Virus record (IMG/VR): IMGVR_UViG_3300033141_003443
Coordinates: 55,234-75,233 of that record
Reading direction: 5' to 3' (one strand)
DNA: 20,000 nucleotides
Source: an uncultured virus (IMG/VR IMGVR_UViG_3300033141_003443)
Lineage: Duplodnaviria > Heunggongvirae > Uroviricota > Caudoviricetes
Shown here: in pieces, positions 8,309 to 16,114 of the stretch
Layout: each line of letters opens with the position of its first letter
Numbering within the stretch: the first letter of the stretch is position 1
Position numbers and translations under genes: made by a program
The notes under the pieces: model-generated
Databases searched by the model: none
Told to the model about the DNA's origin: nothing
The model's input: the letters and a program-made list of their open reading frames with translations, nothing else

Positions 8309-8514
8309 CCCACCACCTCTTCTTTAACCTTTGTTCCATCAAAATGGCATAATTTTTCCTGAGCCGCATCTATTGAGTTAAAAGAAGCCCGATACCTCAT
8401 GACCGAATCATCATACCATACATCATACCATCCAGCAAAAAGACTATGGTTTTGAATAACATACTCTACTCTTTTATCAACGGTTATTCTTTTAATAATT
8501 CTTGCGTTTTTCAT
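8305..8514 (-). CDS. hypothetical protein
   Basis: 69-aa ORF with AAGGAG RBS. Confidence 0.7.
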   Translation of the reverse strand: MKNARIIKRITVDKRVEYVIQNHSLFAGWYDVWYDDSVMRYRASFNSIDAAQEKLCHFDGTKVKEEVVG

Positions 8515-8527
8515 TAAATTCTCCTTT

Positions 8528-8605
8528 TAACCCATCCGAGGTTTATTTATTCGGCGAAAACCTCTTCCTAGATTTTTCCTTCCGACACTTTGGATATAAT
8601 TTCAT
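8528..8605 (-). pseudogene. remnant of the N-terminal zinc-finger segment of an HNH/EndoVII-type gene
   Basis: MKLYPKCRKEKSRKRFSPNK*TSDGL resembles KxCxKCxxEK....F..NK...DGL, with an in-frame TAA. Confidence 0.45.
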
Positions 8606-9213
8606 TTTTGTTCCCATACACCAAGCCACCCATTTTCTTTTACATAAGGTTTATACTTTTCTTTTAAACTTTGCATTTCTTTTTCCGCTTGATTATCTAT
8701 ATCAGACCAAATATCATGATAGATTGTGTCATAGCAATTATTTGGGGCATACTCAAACACATCCGCATTAACAACCGCAATATGTCTTGGTAATCCTAAC
8801 TGAGACCAAATTAAGTCTATAATTTCCTGTTCTTTTTCCAATATTAAGATAGAGTTAACCCGGGCTAATTTAGACAGTATTAATGGCATAATACCTAACC
8901 CTAAACCCCCAATTAAAATATCCCCTTTAGCTTGACTTATAAAATCAACATTTGTAAAAATTTCACAGGGTGTATCTGTCATTATGTATTCATCATCTTC
9001 ACATAAATAAGTATAGGTACCGGGCCGTAAATCAAAATAGGTTCTAAAATTAAACCCAAGTAATACTCTATCCCACTCAAGCTTGCAGTCTGCAAGAGTA
9101 GCCTCTCTATACTTAATGGAAAATCTCTGGCCCTTACGCTCTTCAAGTATCTTGTGCATAGAAGCAATATATTTATTCCCAAGTCTAATAGCTTCGCATT
9201 TTCTTTGATTCAT
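8602..9213 (-). CDS. class I SAM-dependent protein, spermidine-synthase-like methyltransferase fold
   Basis: MTDTPCE...AKGDILIGGLGLG, ILEK, ADVF, YDTIYHDIW; likely start ATG 9213 (track start TTG 9264). Confidence 0.8.
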   Translation of the reverse strand: MNQRKCEAIRLGNKYIASMHKILEERKGQRFSIKYREATLADCKLEWDRVLLGFNFRTYFDLRPGTYTYLCEDDEYIMTDTPCEIFTNVDFISQAKGDILIGGLGLGIMPLILSKLARVNSILILEKEQEIIDLIWSQLGLPRHIAVVNADVFEYAPNNCYDTIYHDIWSDIDNQAEKEMQSLKEKYKPYVKENGWLGVWEQK

Positions 9214-9329
9214 CGAGTAGACCCTCTCTTTTGAATATTCTCTCGTAATTCTATAAACTGACAATTATCAAAAGTATAATCTCCCTCATTATCTTTTCTA
9301 TCACTCATAGAGTCCACATAGCGTTTCAT
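9210..9329 (-). pseudogene. 39-aa ORF carrying the C-terminal remnant of an HNH-like endonuclease
   Basis: MKRYVDSMSDRKDNEGDYTFDNCQFIELRENIQK, similar to SLDRRKSSLDYSYDNCRFI of 3..410; ATGA overlaps at both ends. Confidence 0.65.
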
Positions 9330-9862
9330 ACCTCATTACCCCAAACATCCCAACCATCTGTTTTTTGTCTTGCGAATAATTCTATTCTGGGCAAATCTCC
9401 AATTAAGTCAACAATTCTAGTCCTAACAATATCCGGCTTTTTCGAATGACCCTCTATAGGCGTATCCACTACAGAATGAACTGCCGCGCTTATTCTTTTT
9501 GGTTTTCCTTTTGTCGCTATTAAACAAACCTCAGCATTAGCCCTTGTCCAGCTACCCATACCCCAAAACCAAGATGGACTCTTTTTATTCCTTTTAACCC
9601 AAGTAAATCCAACAGTCTTATATTCAAAACCCCAGCGTCTTATTAGATCCCAACACTCGTTTAATTTAGGCATAGTAACCCAAAGAAAGAGAATACAATC
9701 GTCATCAGCTAAATCCTTAACGGGAAGATTATCTAACCACTCGTTACTCTGTACTTGATATTTACAACCAGCGCCACGATTACCTGCGAGAGCCTTGTCT
9801 TTGTAACTCCATGGCGGATCTGCATAAATGATCTTATATTTTTTATTAGGAAATGGTATCAT
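9326..9862 (-). CDS. MT-A70 family N6-adenine methyltransferase
   Basis: KYKIIYADPPWSY, LFLWVT, WGFEYKT..FTWVK, GMG.WTRANAE, HSKKP, RIELFAR. Confidence 0.93.
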   Translation of the reverse strand: MIPFPNKKYKIIYADPPWSYKDKALAGNRGAGCKYQVQSNEWLDNLPVKDLADDDCILFLWVTMPKLNECWDLIRRWGFEYKTVGFTWVKRNKKSPSWFWGMGSWTRANAEVCLIATKGKPKRISAAVHSVVDTPIEGHSKKPDIVRTRIVDLIGDLPRIELFARQKTDGWDVWGNEV

Positions 9863-9871
9863 GTTAAACCC

Positions 9872-10336
9872 CTATTTGTAAAATTCCAATCTTCCAATGA
9901 TTACAGTCAACTCTTTATGCCATACCTGTCTTTTTTCTTCCGGTGTTTTAAAAAATATTGCGCCATCAACAATATCAGGAAGCTCATCAAGACTCTTAGC
10001 AAACCACATAGCTGGGTCAGCACACCGGGAATCTTTAAAAATTTTATTTCTATTTGGGTGTGTTAATCCATAATATTGATTCGGCTCAGTAACTACTTCA
10101 TAAGCCGTTAATAGCCGCTGATCCATTCTGTTCTTTATGGTCGAAGCGACACCCATCATTCCCTGAGCACCCTCTGAGCAGGCTTCAGCAGAGATTGTTT
10201 TTGCAATTATTCTGTGTTTATTATCAATTTCACCAGTAATTAAAGGCATAATAACTTTTACAAAACCAATGCCACTAAAACAAAAAATAACAATCATAAA
10301 TATAAAAACCTGAAAAAATTCATCCAAATATTTCAT
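9872..10336 (-). CDS. SleB/Hydrolase_2-like cell wall hydrolase with N-terminal TM helix
   Basis: IAKTISAEACSEG..GMMGVASTIKNR...VVTEPNQY...GAIFF...IGRLEFY. Confidence 0.8.
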   Translation of the reverse strand: MKYLDEFFQVFIFMIVIFCFSGIGFVKVIMPLITGEIDNKHRIIAKTISAEACSEGAQGMMGVASTIKNRMDQRLLTAYEVVTEPNQYYGLTHPNRNKIFKDSRCADPAMWFAKSLDELPDIVDGAIFFKTPEEKRQVWHKELTVIIGRLEFYK

Positions 10337-10337
10337 A

Positions 10338-10523
10338 TCAATACTCCGGGATTCCTTTTGTTTTATCAGATAGAATAATATCTATCCAATCTCTTTTTGA
10401 ACTGGAGAATCTTTTAATAGCAATCTTTTCCGCGGCATCTAAATTTTTGGCACAGATAACTTCTTTATTTATCGCCCCCTGATTCTTATAGCGCCATGTA
10501 ACAATAAAATTTATAAGTTTCAT
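10338..10523 (-). CDS. hypothetical protein
   Basis: 61-aa ORF with GAGGAG RBS. Confidence 0.65.
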   Translation of the reverse strand: MKLINFIVTWRYKNQGAINKEVICAKNLDAAEKIAIKRFSSSKRDWIDIILSDKTKGIPEY

Positions 10524-10538
10524 TCCGGCTCCTCAAAC

Positions 10539-10568
10539 AGGGATAGCCAAGTTTCCCTGACTATCCCT
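10539..10568 (-). terminator. 13-bp hairpin with GAAA tetraloop (weak terminator or processing/stability stem)
   Basis: AGGGAUAGUCAGG-GAAA-CUUGGCUAUCCCU followed by GUUU; two G-U pairs form only on the minus strand. Confidence 0.6.
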
Positions 10569-10596
10569 ATAGATTCATAAGAACTGTTTTACAAAA

Positions 10597-11331
10597 TTAA
10601 AATAATGGATCAACGATGTGAGCTAATACGCCTTTTTTGTTAGCTCTGATAAACTTCTTATAAAGGTAAGCACCCATTTTTATTCTTTCTTCTTCAGTGA
10701 TATATCCCCGAGCAAAAGACTCTTCAGTAACATCCATCTTATATTTATAGATAGAATATTGAGCATCTTTTGAGAAACCAACGCCACCAAAAGGTGTAGT
10801 GATCTGTGCTGACGCTGTGCCAGCCAAAGGTGTGGTTGAGGGTGGCGCCATATAAACACTGTTATCCTCTGATACTGAATTATCTGTTAAGGTCACATCT
10901 GTTGCTTGACCCTGCTTGTTACTGGCATCTTGAGCCTGTGCTTGACGATTATTGGCTGACTGAGCCTGTCCTTGATTGTTCTTAAGCAAATTCACATTAA
11001 CATCCGTCGTGTCAACATCAACGTCATTCTTTACCTTAACATCATTTTTGATTTTGTTTTTGATGTCATTGGCGTTGAAATTCGCATTTAAGTTCTTATT
11101 CACACCAACAACCGTATTTTTGTTTGTGTTCTTGTTCTTACTGATTCCGACACCCACCCCGACCGCGCCCGCATTGGCTTCAGAGTTTCCACCCTTGTTT
11201 GTGGTGTTGTAATTGTGATGAGTGCTGCCGTTTTGGTTTGAACCATTACCGTTTGAATTACCGGCAAATACTGGACTGCATACAACTAAACCTAACATTA
11301 CCGCGATTATAATTGCTCTCTTCATTTTCAT
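10597..11331 (-). CDS. secreted low-complexity N/Q-rich protein
   Basis: signal peptide MKRAIIIAVMLGLVVCSPVFA followed by N/G-, N/K/V/D- and Q/A-rich tracts; AAGGAG RBS. Confidence 0.8.
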   Translation of the reverse strand: MKMKRAIIIAVMLGLVVCSPVFAGNSNGNGSNQNGSTHHNYNTTNKGGNSEANAGAVGVGVGISKNKNTNKNTVVGVNKNLNANFNANDIKNKIKNDVKVKNDVDVDTTDVNVNLLKNNQGQAQSANNRQAQAQDASNKQGQATDVTLTDNSVSEDNSVYMAPPSTTPLAGTASAQITTPFGGVGFSKDAQYSIYKYKMDVTEESFARGYITEEERIKMGAYLYKKFIRANKKGVLAHIVDPLF

Positions 11332-11388
11332 TATCTCCTTTTAAATTATCAATTTATATTTAACCTAGAAAATCTTTATCCGCGTATC

Positions 11389-11744
11389 TCATAATGTCGA
11401 GCCTCCTTTCAATAACCTGCGGTAAACACGCATATGAACCTCATACACTTTGGGCATGTGACTACAGAGTTCTTTTATTTTCTCTTCAGTCCGTTCTGTG
11501 CCCCATTTTTGAAAGCATCTTCGTAAGGCCTCTTCTGCCAGAACTTCCGAAATACTAATGTATTGAGCCCTTTCAACCTCTCTTATCTTCTTGACTTATG
11601 ATCGTCAATCATCTTAATAACTTCATTAGCTTTATGACAACCCATTGATCCGCGCAATTTCGCATCTAAAGATTTCTTTGAATCTTCGCAACGGTCATCC
11701 TTTGAATTTGATAATCTTTGTCTTGCATAATCTGATTCGTTCAT
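11389..11744 (-). pseudogene. probable frameshifted gene (53-aa ORF 11583..11744 plus start-less 68-codon frame 11389..11595)
   Basis: one added A at CAT AA(A) GTC joins MNESDY...MIDDHK to VKKIREVERAQY...GGSTL*. Confidence 0.5.
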
Positions 11745-11926
11745 GTCCGCATACTCCTTCTTCCATGTCTTTCGAGATTACGTGTTGAAAACATAAACCA
11801 GATAACTCTGAGAAAAACTCCCATACCTACCAACCAAATCCATAACTTTACCGGAAGCACAATAAATAAAACGATTACAATAACACATGCTGCAATGAAT
11901 TCTAAAATTGTGGTCAGTGTTTTCAT
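11741..11926 (-). CDS. small membrane protein (two TM helices, basic tail)
   Basis: two hydrophobic segments; ATGA overlap. Confidence 0.7.
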   Translation of the reverse strand: MKTLTTILEFIAACVIVIVLFIVLPVKLWIWLVGMGVFLRVIWFMFSTRNLERHGRRSMRT

Positions 11927-12192
11927 TCTAAGTCCCTTCCCTTAATATCAATGATGTTTTGAATTTGTTGTTCCATTTGAGGCGTAGATTCTATTGGTAA
12001 GCCTAAAGCGTTTCTGACCTCCTCTACATTAATCTCCCTCTCCGTAACCCAGACACCACGATTACCATCCGCGTCATCGCCATATAGGTAGTTAGAGGCG
12101 GAAACAGAAACATCAGCATAAAAAGTTTCCTCAATGTCCCCAATAAGGAGAGTAAATTCTAAATTATTAACGTCATATGTCCAGTTTGTCAT
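11923..12192 (-). CDS. acidic hypothetical protein
   Basis: 89-aa ORF containing YGDDADGNRG; ATGA overlap. Confidence 0.7.
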   Translation of the reverse strand: MTNWTYDVNNLEFTLLIGDIEETFYADVSVSASNYLYGDDADGNRGVWVTEREINVEEVRNALGLPIESTPQMEQQIQNIIDIKGRDLE

Positions 12193-12740
12193 CTGTCATC
12201 TCCCGACCCTTGAAGTTTACCACGGGCCTGTCTGTCTTTTAATTTAGTAATGTTTGCTTCCCCGATCTCCTCTAGGGTTAAGTCCAAGTCTTCCGCTATA
12301 CTGTCTAAAACCTGATAGACCTCACCAAGCAATTTCTTCATATCCGATTTAAAACCTAAACGGGAAAAATCGCAATTATAACAAATCTGTTTCTCCAACC
12401 GACCCAGAACATTCCCCGCCCTATTACTGAGTCTGATAACATGACAGATAAAATTGGTCTCTCTTTTATAAATAACAACTTCCGCGATTTCTTTTAAGGT
12501 TAAGCCTAAATCTTCCGAGGCATTAGCTAAATACCAGTAGACATCACCAAGCTCTTTCTTCATTGCCTGTTTAAATTCCAAATTGTAAAAATATGAATTA
12601 TGATCCCGAATCTGTTTTTTAAGTTTTCCTAGAACCTCCCCAGCCTCATTACCGATTCCAATAATATGGCATGTAAGACTGAGACCCGGAGGATAAATAT
12701 CTAGTTTCCTTGCCTCTTTTTGGTATTCATTAGCTTGCAT
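12189..12740 (-). CDS. MazG-like NTP pyrophosphohydrolase with tandem duplicated domain
   Basis: EYQ..A, GIGNEAGEV..KLKK, KKELGDVYWY, NITKLKDRQARGKLQGSGDDR. Confidence 0.88.
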   Translation of the reverse strand: MQANEYQKEARKLDIYPPGLSLTCHIIGIGNEAGEVLGKLKKQIRDHNSYFYNLEFKQAMKKELGDVYWYLANASEDLGLTLKEIAEVVIYKRETNFICHVIRLSNRAGNVLGRLEKQICYNCDFSRLGFKSDMKKLLGEVYQVLDSIAEDLDLTLEEIGEANITKLKDRQARGKLQGSGDDR

Positions 12741-12930
12741 TTTTGTATATCCTTATCTCATGTCCCGGTTTAATTACTTCAACGTTAAGGTCAGCCTCTA
12801 AATTTTTTGCTGTATGATAGAGATTTCTGAAAACTTGGACACTTACCTTTCCCAAGCAGATATTAATTTCGCCCTCTTTTCTGGCAACGCTCAATATATC
12901 TGCAATTAAGATTCTGTCCTGTCCGTTCAT
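12730..12930 (-). CDS. hypothetical protein
   Basis: 66-aa ORF, GGAG RBS, TAATG overlap. Confidence 0.65.
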   Translation of the reverse strand: MNGQDRILIADILSVARKEGEINICLGKVSVQVFRNLYHTAKNLEADLNVEVIKPGHEIRIYKNAS

Positions 12931-13088
12931 TAAATATCTACTCCGTTAATAATTAATTCTTTGACTTGTCCAACATCAGAATCTTTTACTTCGAGAATTA
13001 TACTATCATGAATTTGATGAACGCAACGAACATCTAAATTTTTCTCTTTAATCTTTTTCAGATATTTAATTAAATCTTCCATTGTCAT
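12930..13088 (-). CDS. 52-aa ORF carrying a family-A DNA polymerase motif C-like segment
   Basis: MTMEDLIKYLKKIKEKNLDVRCVHQIHDSIILEVKDSDVGQVKELI; GGAG RBS; not in the ORF track. Confidence 0.6.
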   Translation of the reverse strand: MTMEDLIKYLKKIKEKNLDVRCVHQIHDSIILEVKDSDVGQVKELIINGVDI

Positions 13089-13193
13089 ATTGTGCTCCAC
13101 TTATTAGACGGAAAACGGGGCGAGTATATAGGCAGGTCAACCCGCCCGCACTTTCTGGTTTTACTTCTATGTTACATCATCCATTGTGCATAA

Positions 13194-13222
13194 AGTATAC
13201 CACATAATTTCAAAAATGTCAA
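13194..13222 (-). promoter_or_regulatory. sigma70/sigmaA promoter with extended -10
   Basis: TTGACA-17 nt-TATACT with TG-n immediately before the -10. Confidence 0.85.
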
Positions 13223-13231
13223 GTGCTGCTG

Positions 13232-13474
13232 TTAAATTTCTCTGTCCAAAGGTGTTAATCCATTCTCCGGCGTGTAATGCGCAACACCGCCTATATACGG
13301 ATTAGAATAATTTGTATCTTTTAAATCTCTCCAATATCCAATATCTTCCGGGCTGGACAGTACCGCCTTAACTCCGCGAGCGTTTTCTTCTGCTTCGGCG
13401 CGGGCCTGCTCAAGGGTTTTATCGCCTTTAATAAAAATATCAAAATAAATACTGACCCTAAATCGTGTTTTCAT
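13232..13474 (-). CDS. hypothetical protein
   Basis: 80-aa ORF, ATGA overlap. Confidence 0.7.
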   Translation of the reverse strand: MKTRFRVSIYFDIFIKGDKTLEQARAEAEENARGVKAVLSSPEDIGYWRDLKDTNYSNPYIGGVAHYTPENGLTPLDREI

Positions 13475-13854
13475 ATTAAACCGCCTCTTGTTTTTATAAT
13501 AATATCCATAGGATTAAATTTTCTCTGACCATACTGACTGGAACCTTCTGTTTGTGTAATTTTTATATATCTGACTTCACCAAAAAGAAAAGTATGCCCA
13601 ATGCTAAGATCGCTAAAAAATTCTTTATCCTCAACCTTTTTCTGAATTCGGAATTTTTTATTTATGGGATATTGTAAACAAGCTCCACCCGGAAGAGTCT
13701 TTTTCTTAATTAAATCTACTTCAAAGTCCCTTAATTTGGCTATACCATTAGGGCCCTCACATCTTAAAATCTCACCCCAGACTTCAATAATACAATATTC
13801 TTGATTATTCAAATGTGATTTTACTGTGTCACCCGCATTAAATATTTTTGCCAT
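13471..13854 (-). CDS. hypothetical protein
   Basis: likely start MAKIF at 13854 after GGAGGG (track start 13914). Confidence 0.7.
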   Translation of the reverse strand: MAKIFNAGDTVKSHLNNQEYCIIEVWGEILRCEGPNGIAKLRDFEVDLIKKKTLPGGACLQYPINKKFRIQKKVEDKEFFSDLSIGHTFLFGEVRYIKITQTEGSSQYGQRKFNPMDIIIKTRGGLI

Positions 13855-13855
13855 T

Positions 13856-14203
13856 TTAAAACCCTCCAACTGGAACCAAGATTTTATCAGCCTTTTCATA
13901 ATTACAGGGCGCACAGGCTGGTTGTAAGTTTCTCATTTCTCTTGTCCCGCCTAAAGACTTTGGAATAATATGATCCACAGTCATTAAGATTTTGTTACGT
14001 TTCTTATCCACATAGAATAAATCATAATGAATATGGCCGCGCCTATCCTCCCATTTAATTATTGTATTGCCGATTATGCCGCAATAAACACACTGAAAGC
14101 CCTTCCGCCAAAACACTCGAAACCGTCTATGTCTTTCAAAACCTCTCCTCTTCCTGAAGAAATTAGGAATACTGTCAAAGATTTTTAAAATTTTCATTTT
14201 CAT
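13856..14203 (-). CDS. HNH endonuclease
   Basis: CVYCG...TVDHIIPKSLGG....NLQPACAPCNYEK. Confidence 0.9.
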   Translation of the reverse strand: MKMKILKIFDSIPNFFRKRRGFERHRRFRVFWRKGFQCVYCGIIGNTIIKWEDRRGHIHYDLFYVDKKRNKILMTVDHIIPKSLGGTREMRNLQPACAPCNYEKADKILVPVGGF

Positions 14204-14205
14204 AA

Positions 14206-15855
14206 TTAAGCCTTTGTTAAAAGTTTGATGCTGGATTTTCCGATTTTTAAATTCTTGCCGTAGGAATTCATAATCTCGTCAACGGGTATATCAGTCTCCT
14301 CTGCCATTTGATGCGGGGATTTTACCCAGCGATTAATGCGGGCAGCCTCTACATTGAATTTTTTCATAAACTCTTGATTGAATTTAATATGTACAGTACC
14401 TTTTTTATACGCCCTGACACTCATAAAAGTCTCTCTTTTATCACTGGTACGATAACAAAAATCTTTTTCTTTTCCTGGACTCCATTCAAAATTTCTTGTC
14501 TTGTCCAAAACATTGAAGCCTAAATTTTTAGCAACCGTACAAATATCGTCTAAAAAATCGTGGATACTATTTGCTATACCGTTCGGATAAACATGATCTC
14601 CATAATTACTCTTATTAAAGCAGTTATATTTTTCACAGACAATCCGATAGTCTAAGGTGTAGTGGGTGTGATCACTTCGAGAATATCGCCAACCGTCCTC
14701 AACCATTTTCTTATTAGACTTATAATTTTTTACGTTCTTGGGTTCTGTTATTCCTTGATAGACAGAGCATAATTGCTGATCTATATATTTATTTGCATTT
14801 TTAATTACCCAGATTACCATAGCATAGGCATTTGCCGCTGTAAAATCTATGGTTGTATGCTCTCTTAATGTTTCTAGCATTGATTGACGACTTTTAGAGG
14901 TTAATCTTTCAGTAATTTTATCCAAATTATCAAAAAGCTCTTCCCAATAAAAATTTTTCAAACCCTCAATTTTTAATTTCAAACCAGACTTAACACCCTC
15001 AATATTAACATCGAACTCTTTCAGAATACACGCGTCTAACTGTTCGATTTGTTTGTATGTGGCGTATAATTTTTTCATATCTTCTAAGTATAACTCTTCC
15101 AACCGTTCAATTAAATTGTATCCTTTGATTAATTTCTTAAGCCTTTCTTTGTTCTTTTGTTCTTCTTTATAATCATAACCCTTCGACACATCAGCCTTAA
15201 TTTTAAAAGTTTCATCAAACCAGATGTCAAAGGGATCTGATAATAGAGTGTTACTGTAGTCACTTCCAGTCAATGTTACCTTTACTATATCCACATTACA
15301 CCGGGCCTGTCTTTCCGCATTAAGAAAATCAAAACTGCCTAACGTTTTGTAAAAAGTTTTCCGGTCACTCTTTTTAAAACTCTCAGCCCGTAATTTTAAA
15401 GCCTCTTGGATTTCCTGATTTTCTTCCCACCTACTCGGAATAACTAAATAAATAAATTTTGAATTAGCTTCTTTGATTATTTTCTTTGTCCATTGAACAT
15501 ATTCACTATAGGGCGGATTACAAAAAATCACATCAACTTTTTTATCAATTAGTGTTTGTTGATAAAAGTCTGTTCCTATAATAAAAATATCTTCAGGCAT
15601 TGAATTAATTAATATCGGACTTTTTTCGAAGGCATATTTTGTAATAGTTGCTTTAGGTATGCCTTCCGAATCACATTGAATCATATCATCTAAAATATTG
15701 AATACGTTACCATTACCCGCCCCAATATCCAATAAAGAAAAATGACTTGACTCCTCTTTCATATCTTTAAAGATTACTGACAAAATCTCTTTCGTTGTTG
15801 GATAAAATTCAAAGTCCTCGTTATTTTCTTTTAAGGTTTTTATTAACGTGTTCAT
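14206..15855 (-). CDS. SAM-dependent DNA methyltransferase, DUF4942-type
   Basis: EFYPT, LDIGAGNG, FCNPPY; C-terminal YKKGTVHIKF; likely start ATG 15855. Confidence 0.85.
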   Translation of the reverse strand: MNTLIKTLKENNEDFEFYPTTKEILSVIFKDMKEESSHFSLLDIGAGNGNVFNILDDMIQCDSEGIPKATITKYAFEKSPILINSMPEDIFIIGTDFYQQTLIDKKVDVIFCNPPYSEYVQWTKKIIKEANSKFIYLVIPSRWEENQEIQEALKLRAESFKKSDRKTFYKTLGSFDFLNAERQARCNVDIVKVTLTGSDYSNTLLSDPFDIWFDETFKIKADVSKGYDYKEEQKNKERLKKLIKGYNLIERLEELYLEDMKKLYATYKQIEQLDACILKEFDVNIEGVKSGLKLKIEGLKNFYWEELFDNLDKITERLTSKSRQSMLETLREHTTIDFTAANAYAMVIWVIKNANKYIDQQLCSVYQGITEPKNVKNYKSNKKMVEDGWRYSRSDHTHYTLDYRIVCEKYNCFNKSNYGDHVYPNGIANSIHDFLDDICTVAKNLGFNVLDKTRNFEWSPGKEKDFCYRTSDKRETFMSVRAYKKGTVHIKFNQEFMKKFNVEAARINRWVKSPHQMAEETDIPVDEIMNSYGKNLKIGKSSIKLLTKA

Positions 15856-15964
15856 GGTCAATTTTCCTTTGTGAGGGGTTTTCAAAATTTTCTAAGGTCT
15901 GATAATAATTATTTTCTTCTTCAGTTTCCCTTAGATATTTTAATTGATTAAGACTTAAAGTCAT
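15821..15964 (-). CDS. small hypothetical protein (47 aa)
   Basis: MTLSLNQLKYLRETEE... after AAAGGA RBS; not in the ORF track. Confidence 0.45.
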   Translation of the reverse strand: MTLSLNQLKYLRETEEENNYYQTLENFENPSQRKIDHEHVNKNLKRK

Positions 15965-16114
15965 AATTAATCCTTTTTTAATTATTTTTTAATGCCGCGG
16001 CAATTTCCTTTTCCTTACCAGCGGCAATTAGAGATATATGGCACTCCTGCTCTGTGCCGTCCCACCAGCTACTACAAAATAACTGCCTGCTGTGTTTTGA
16101 TCTCCTTTTGTTAA

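Noticed and set aside
11741..11926. Holin call for the two-TM protein
   Set aside because: Topology fits, but it is not adjacent to the hydrolase and has no family motif, so it is left as a membrane protein
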